A stretch of 63,870 bases of DNA, filler included, from Sandaracinaceae bacterium (lineage in GTDB: Bacteria > Myxococcota_A > Polyangia > Polyangiales > JADJQN01): assembly GCA_947483975.1 (NCBI GenBank). It is 4 parts of 4 records of this genome, joined end to end, with 100 filler letters (N's around TTAATTAATTAA, not from the genome) between each part and the next. Parts side by side here need not be neighbours in the genome. Positions count along the whole stretch, not along the records: positions 52,048 to 63,870 come from CANKOL010000136.1; 3 more parts are not named here. One strand, 5' to 3'. Within the stretch, counting starts at the first letter, position 1. Every line of letters starts with the position of its first letter. Positions 58,953-63,870 of the stretch are shown one piece after another. The notes under the pieces are model-generated. The model ran no database searches. It was not told where the DNA came from and was given only the letters and a program-made list of their open reading frames with translations. The translations under genes and the position numbers were made by a program.

Positions 58953-60196
58953 TGCGCAGCGCGAGCGCTGCGTGGGTCGGACTCACGGCGCTCGCGCTGG
59001 CGCTCCTCGGAGCGCCTCGCTCCGGCAGCGCGCAGGCGCACGCGCAGCCTGCTCAGCCGACGCAGGCGTCGACGCCCGCGGCACCGAGCGCGAGCGAGCC
59101 GTCCTACGCGCTCGCGCCGGGCGTGCTGCGCGCGACCTCGGCGAGCGGCACACGAGACGTCGCGCTCGGCTGCGAGGGCGTCGCGCTCCTCCGCGACGGG
59201 GCCCGGCTTTACGTCGCGTGCGGCGCGCGCGGCGTCGTCGTGCTCAGCCTCGCGGACCCGACGGCGCCCGTCGTCGAGGGGTACCGCGACTTCGGCGGCG
59301 CCGTCGTCGCGCTCTTCAGCGGTGGCGGGCGGGTGTGGGCGCAGATCGCGCGCATCGAGGCGCGGCCGATCGACGCTGCGCTCGACGCCTCGACCGCTCA
59401 GCTCCAGAGCAACCCGACCCTCCCGCCGGTGCCCGCAGCGCCCGCCAACGCGCTCACCCCCCCGGGCTACGCCGACCTCGCCGCGCCCTCGGGCGCCCGC
59501 GACGGCTTCGCGCCGCTCGCGGCCCCGGCGGGGGGCGTCGACCTGATCATGCCCGAGCGCGTCGGCGGCATCTGGCGCGTCGGCGCGAGCGCCGATCTCT
59601 TCTTGCCGATCGGCACGATCGGCGTCGGCGGCCTCCTCGACGCCTACGTCACGCGGCACTTCGACGGGCCGTTCATGCTGCGCGCGCAGATCTCGCCGCT
59701 CGCCTTCGCCCTCGTCGACACGGGCGGAGGCAGCGCGTTCGGCGCGCACCTCCTGTTCGGGCTCGACACGCAGTTCCTCGAGCTCGCGCTCGGCGTCGGC
59801 GCCTCGACGACCGACGCAGCCGACAGCGCGTTCTCGCTCCTGCAGTCGCTGCGCATCGGCGCGCTCGACGGGCTGCACCTCGCCGTGCAGACGGATGTGT
59901 TCGTCCTCGACAAGCAATTCGAGTTCGGCGCCGTGTCGGGCAGCCTGCAGATCCCGGTCAAAGAGGGCTGGTGGCTGCTCCTGCGCGGCGGCGGCGGTCC
60001 GATGGGCTTCGCCTTCGGCGACGTCGGCGTGCGCTACCGCGTCAGCGGCGACGGCGGCGCGGGCTCGTTCTTCCTGCAAGGAATGCTCGGCGGCGTCGCG
60101 CTCTTCGGCGGCTACGTCTGCAGCTCGACGGGCTACTGCAGCAGCCAGGACTCCGGCGGACCCGCGCTCGGCGTCGGCGTCGAGTGGCGGCTCTGA
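58952..60196 (+). CDS. Exported protein: LVIVD-like blade + Pro/Ala linker + probable beta-barrel
   Basis: Signal peptide; LYVACGARGVVVLSLADPTAP; amphipathic strands ending GVGVEWRL. Confidence 0.6.
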   Translation: MRSASAAWVGLTALALALLGAPRSGSAQAHAQPAQPTQASTPAAPSASEPSYALAPGVLRATSASGTRDVALGCEGVALLRDGARLYVACGARGVVVLSLADPTAPVVEGYRDFGGAVVALFSGGGRVWAQIARIEARPIDAALDASTAQLQSNPTLPPVPAAPANALTPPGYADLAAPSGARDGFAPLAAPAGGVDLIMPERVGGIWRVGASADLFLPIGTIGVGGLLDAYVTRHFDGPFMLRAQISPLAFALVDTGGGSAFGAHLLFGLDTQFLELALGVGASTTDAADSAFSLLQSLRIGALDGLHLAVQTDVFVLDKQFEFGAVSGSLQIPVKEGWWLLLRGGGGPMGFAFGDVGVRYRVSGDGGAGSFFLQGMLGGVALFGGYVCSSTGYCSSQDSGGPALGVGVEWRL

Positions 60197-60297
60197 GCCG
60201 CGGCGCGAAACGTCCCTGACCTGCGGCCCGTGACGGCTTCGACACGGAGCCGCGAGCGGATTCCCATCGGGGGCTTTTTGGGAGACAATCCGCTCCC

Positions 60298-61920
60298 ATG
60301 AAACTCACCCGCAGAGACATCCTCAAGGCAGCAGGCGCACTCGGAGTCGCTGCGGCGATCCCCGGCTGCGGCGACGACGACGCCCCCGCGACCCCCGACG
60401 GCGGCACGCCCGACGCCGGTCCGCCCGACGCCGGCCCGCCGGACGGGGGCCCGCCGCCGCCGAGCGGACCGTTCCGGCACGGCGTCGCGAGCGGGGATCC
60501 GCTCGCCGACGCCGTCATCCTGTGGACGCGCGTCACGCCGGAGGATCCCGCGACCGCCGGCGACGTCGTCGTCCAGTGGGAGCTCGCCTCCGACACCGCG
60601 TTCGCGACCATCGTGACGAGCGGGATGTTCACGACGAACGCCGCGCGCGACTTCACGGTGAAGGTCGAGGCCACCGGGCTCAGCGCCGCGAGCACCTACT
60701 ACTACCGCTTCACGGCGCTCAGCGAGACGTCCGTCATCGGGCGCACGAAGACCGCGCCGACGGGCAGCGTCGCGCACCTGCGCTTCGCCGTCGCCGCCTG
60801 CGCGAGCTACGCGCACGGCTACTACCTCGGCTATCGCGGCATCGGCGCGCGCCTCGACCTCGACGCGGTGCTCTTCCTCGGCGACTACATCTACGAGTAC
60901 GGCAACGGCGAGTACGGCAGCACCCGCGCGGCCGATCCGACGACCGAGTGCCTCACGCTCTCCGACTATCGCCGCCGCTACGCCTGCCACCGGCTCGACG
61001 CGGATCTCCGCGAGGCGCACCGGCAGCACCCGTGGATCACGACGTGGGACGACCACGAGGTCGCGGACAACAGCTGGAGCGGCGGCGCAGAGAACCACCA
61101 GCCCGAGGAGGGCAGCTACGCGGACCGCAAGGCGGCTGGGCAGCAGGCGTACTCGGAGTGGCTGCCGCTGCGCGACCAGACCGACCGCGCGAAGATCTGG
61201 CGCTCCTTCGGCTACGGCAACCTCGCGGACATCATCGTGCTCGACTCGCGCCACTGGGCCCGCGACGAGCAGGCGACGGGCGTCGATGACCCGACGCTCG
61301 CCAGCCCGACGCGGCAGCTGCTCGGCGCCGACCAAGAGGCGTGGCTGACCGAGCGCCTGACCACGAGCACCGCGCAGTGGAAGCTGGTCGCGCAGCAGGT
61401 CGTGATGTCGCCCTTCGCGCTCTTCTTCAACACCGACGCTTGGGACGGCTATCCGGCGGCGCGCACGCGCCTCTTCGACGTGCTCGAGACCAACGCGCTC
61501 GACGACGTCGTCGTGCTGACGGGCGACATCCATATGTCGATCGCCGGCGACCTCGCGCGCAATCCCACCGTGCCCGCCGAGTACGACCCGGTGACTGGCG
61601 CGGGCTCGCTCGCCGTCGAGCTGGTCGCGCCGGGCATCAGCTCGCCCGGCCTCACGCGCGGCATCGCGATGGCCCAAGAGGCCCTGATCCGCGCGAACGC
61701 GCCGCAGGCGAAGGGCTGGAACCTCTGGCAGCGCGGCTACTTCGTCCTCGACCTGACGCCGGCGCGCGCGCAGGGCGACTGGTTCTTGGTCCCCGACGTG
61801 ATCCGACCGACGGGCGCGGAGGCGTTCGGCTTCGGCGTCTCGACGGCGACGGGCGCGAACCATCTCGTCGCCGAGGACACTCCGGTGCCGTCCGGCGCCG
61901 GCGCGCCAGCGGCTCCGTAG
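60298..61920 (+). CDS. phoD: Alkaline phosphatase D, Tat-exported lipoprotein
   Basis: TRRDIL Tat motif, FRHGVASGDP, LGDYIYEY, WDDHEV, DAWDGY, TGDIH. Confidence 0.95.
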   Translation: MKLTRRDILKAAGALGVAAAIPGCGDDDAPATPDGGTPDAGPPDAGPPDGGPPPPSGPFRHGVASGDPLADAVILWTRVTPEDPATAGDVVVQWELASDTAFATIVTSGMFTTNAARDFTVKVEATGLSAASTYYYRFTALSETSVIGRTKTAPTGSVAHLRFAVAACASYAHGYYLGYRGIGARLDLDAVLFLGDYIYEYGNGEYGSTRAADPTTECLTLSDYRRRYACHRLDADLREAHRQHPWITTWDDHEVADNSWSGGAENHQPEEGSYADRKAAGQQAYSEWLPLRDQTDRAKIWRSFGYGNLADIIVLDSRHWARDEQATGVDDPTLASPTRQLLGADQEAWLTERLTTSTAQWKLVAQQVVMSPFALFFNTDAWDGYPAARTRLFDVLETNALDDVVVLTGDIHMSIAGDLARNPTVPAEYDPVTGAGSLAVELVAPGISSPGLTRGIAMAQEALIRANAPQAKGWNLWQRGYFVLDLTPARAQGDWFLVPDVIRPTGAEAFGFGVSTATGANHLVAEDTPVPSGAGAPAAP

Positions 61921-61944
61921 CGCGCTCGCGCACGCCAACACACA

Positions 61945-61980
61945 GAAGGCACCCCGCCCCCGGGGGTGCCTTCGTCGTTC
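61945..61980 (+). terminator. Hairpin terminator between convergent phoD and OMP genes
   Basis: GAAGGCACCCC...GGGGTGCCTTC (61945-61973). Confidence 0.7.
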
Positions 61981-62029
61981 CGTCAGGGTCGAGCGCGGCG
62001 CGGCGCCTACGAGCGCGCGCGCCGGGCCG

Positions 62030-63004
62030 TCAGAACGAGAAGCCGACGCCGAAGTTCGCCGTCCACTGCCGCGGCAGCAGCGCGTGCGTGACGCCGGGCG
62101 TCGGGTCGAACGCCGGGTCGATGCCGTTGGTCGGGCTGACCTGGTTGAGGTCGAAGACGATCGCGCCCGTCAGGGTCAGCACGCCGTAGCGCCCCTGGAG
62201 CCCGACGACGCCGCGGAGGCGCGACGAGCGGATCTGCGCGAACACCGCGTTGTTGTTGTAGTCCGCCGCGCCGCCCGTGCGCGCGTCCTGCTGCGGCGTC
62301 AGGTCCACGAGCTCGCTGTCGCCGAGGATCCACACGTACTGCCCAGCGAGGTACGGCGTGATCGTGCCGGCGCTCGCGAGCACGATCGTCTTGCTGAGGA
62401 TCAGCTCGACGCTCGGGATCGTCAGGTTGAACTCGGTCTCGCCGAGGAGCGTCTGCACGGCGCCGCGGACCGCGAGGTCCGGGATGAAGCCCTGCCCGCC
62501 GGTGCGGAAGCCCTCGAGGATCGACCACTTCACGTCGAAGCCGAGCGACCAGTACGAGGTGCTGAAGAGGTGCGCCATCGACGTGCCGAGCTCGAAGCCG
62601 AGCGGGAACGCCTTCCGAATCTGCAGGCGCTGCCAGTAGAGCGCGTTCGTCGCGAAGCGGTTCTCGCCCTCGAGCGCCGACGTCGCGTCGCCCTCGGTGC
62701 CGCGCTGCCAGTAGCTGCGACCGCCCGAGATGTTGGTGATGAAGCCCTCGAGGCCGACGTAGAAGCTCGCGGGGCCGAGCGTGCGCCCCGGGGTCAGCAC
62801 CGGCGGCGCCATCGAGATGCCGAGCTGCTCGGCGATGCCTCCCCAGGCGAGATCGTCCGCGCACCACTCGCGCGTGCCCGCGCCCGCTGCCGTCGGGCAG
62901 GTCGCGCTCGAGTCCGACGCCGCGATGCGCAGCCGCGCGAGCGTGACGTTCATGGACTGCGCGGCGACCGCGCCCGGCGCGGCGAGGGACGCCACGACGA
63001 GCAT
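62030..63004 (-). CDS. Putative outer-membrane beta-barrel protein (start may lie upstream, at 63085)
   Basis: Signal AVAA-QS; alternating beta-strands; C-terminal NFGVGFSF BAM-type signal. Confidence 0.7.
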   Translation of the reverse strand: MLVVASLAAPGAVAAQSMNVTLARLRIAASDSSATCPTAAGAGTREWCADDLAWGGIAEQLGISMAPPVLTPGRTLGPASFYVGLEGFITNISGGRSYWQRGTEGDATSALEGENRFATNALYWQRLQIRKAFPLGFELGTSMAHLFSTSYWSLGFDVKWSILEGFRTGGQGFIPDLAVRGAVQTLLGETEFNLTIPSVELILSKTIVLASAGTITPYLAGQYVWILGDSELVDLTPQQDARTGGAADYNNNAVFAQIRSSRLRGVVGLQGRYGVLTLTGAIVFDLNQVSPTNGIDPAFDPTPGVTHALLPRQWTANFGVGFSF

Positions 63005-63138
63005 GAGGAAGCTGCCCCAAGCGCAGCAGAACAGCGGGGCGCGGAGGCGTGCTGCGGAGGGACGATGAGGCGAGGGAGTGCGCACGGCTGCCCGAGGCTA
63101 TCTTTCCAGGCGCTTTCGCGTCAAGAAGCACCGCGACG

Positions 63139-63663
63139 ATGACCGAGCCCCCGCCGCCCGCGCCGAAGCTGCGCGTCCCGCCCCTGACGCCCCCGTTTCG
63201 CATCGTGCTCGTCGAGCCCGAGATCCCCCCGAACACCGGCAGCATCGCGCGCACCTGCGGCGCGACGAGCACGCCGCTGCACCTCGTCGGCAAGCTCGGC
63301 TTCCGCCTCGACGAGCAGAGCATCCGCCGCGCAGGGCTCGATTATTGGCACCTCGTCGAGGTCACGCAGCACGAGGCGCTCGTGGACTTCGAGCGCGCGC
63401 ACCCCGCCGCGCGCCTCCACTACTTCAGCGGCGACGCCGAGCGCAGCTACCTCGAGGCGCCCTTCGCGCCGGGGGACGCGCTCGTCTTCGGCAAAGAGTC
63501 CGTCGGCTTGCCGCGCGCGCTGCTCGACGCGAACCCCGAGCGCGTCTGGGGGATCCCGATGAGCGGCGGGGTGCGCTCGCTGAACCTCTCGAACGCCGTG
63601 TCGGTGGTGCTCTTCGAGGCGCTCCGGCAGGCCGGGGCGCTCGGGCCGACGTTCCGCGGCTGA
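63139..63663 (+). CDS. trmL: tRNA (cytidine/uridine-34 2'-O)-methyltransferase TrmL
   Basis: VLVEPEIPPNTGSIARTC, RRAGLDYW, LVFGKES, IPM, RSLNLSN. Confidence 0.95.
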   Translation: MTEPPPPAPKLRVPPLTPPFRIVLVEPEIPPNTGSIARTCGATSTPLHLVGKLGFRLDEQSIRRAGLDYWHLVEVTQHEALVDFERAHPAARLHYFSGDAERSYLEAPFAPGDALVFGKESVGLPRALLDANPERVWGIPMSGGVRSLNLSNAVSVVLFEALRQAGALGPTFRG

Positions 63664-63664
63664 C

Positions 63665-63870
63665 GTGATACGGATCGGGGGTGCCCCGCCGGTCCATCGT
63701 CGTGCTCGTCGCGCTCACGGGGCTGAACTGCGCCCTCGCCTCGACCGCGGCGCGGGCGCAGGACGCCGGCGTCCCGAGCGCGCCACCGCATTCGGCTCCG
63801 CCGCCGGGCGCGGCGCCGCAGCTGCATCCCGTGACGCCCGAAGAAGCGGCAGCGGACGCGAGCCTGACGA
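63665..63870 (+). CDS. Exported protein, N-terminus only (runs off the window)
   Basis: GTG just after the trmL stop; signal-like RRSIVVLVALTGLNCALASTAARA-QD. Confidence 0.55.
   Translation, partial: MIRIGGAPPVHRRARRAHGAELRPRLDRGAGAGRRRPERATAFGSAAGRGAAAASRDARRSGSGREPD

Overview
Very GC-rich bacterial DNA with myxobacterial gene content (Polyangia/Sandaracinaceae-like, inferred from giant kinase-TPR proteins, Cys-rich lipoproteins, a TIGR02265-like protein and DUF1844). The window is not contiguous. It holds four assembly contigs joined by artificial 100-nt spacers (44 N + TTAATTAATTAA + 44 N) at 17323-17422, 34672-34771 and 51948-52047, so neighbourhood arguments apply only within a contig. 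About 58 CDS can be supported. Contig 1: greB, an operon of two ATP-grasp ligases plus an ArsS-like radical SAM enzyme, PP2C, ferredoxin, a hybrid kinase, a 1778-aa kinase-TPR protein and trmO. Contig 2: two DxNxDG-repeat lipoproteins, an RHH regulator, lepA, mntP, miaB, a LysR/epimerase pair, an S1P-lyase/MlrC pair and a CoxE-type VWA protein. Contig 3: a NorC-like cytochrome, a porin, mpl, ctaA, a degenerate ClpB and a lower-GC glycan-modification island. Contig 4: a B12 radical SAM enzyme, a eukaryote-type alanine aminotransferase, deoC with a split ALDH16-like pair, phoD and trmL. I saw no rRNA, tRNA, CRISPR array or transposase. Most notable: the dual ATP-grasp/radical SAM operon, widespread leaderless promoter architecture, a death-like N-terminal domain on the kinase-TPR protein, the S1P lyase/M81 coupling and the ClpB with a degenerate NBD1. 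All family assignments come from motif recognition by eye, with no database searches.
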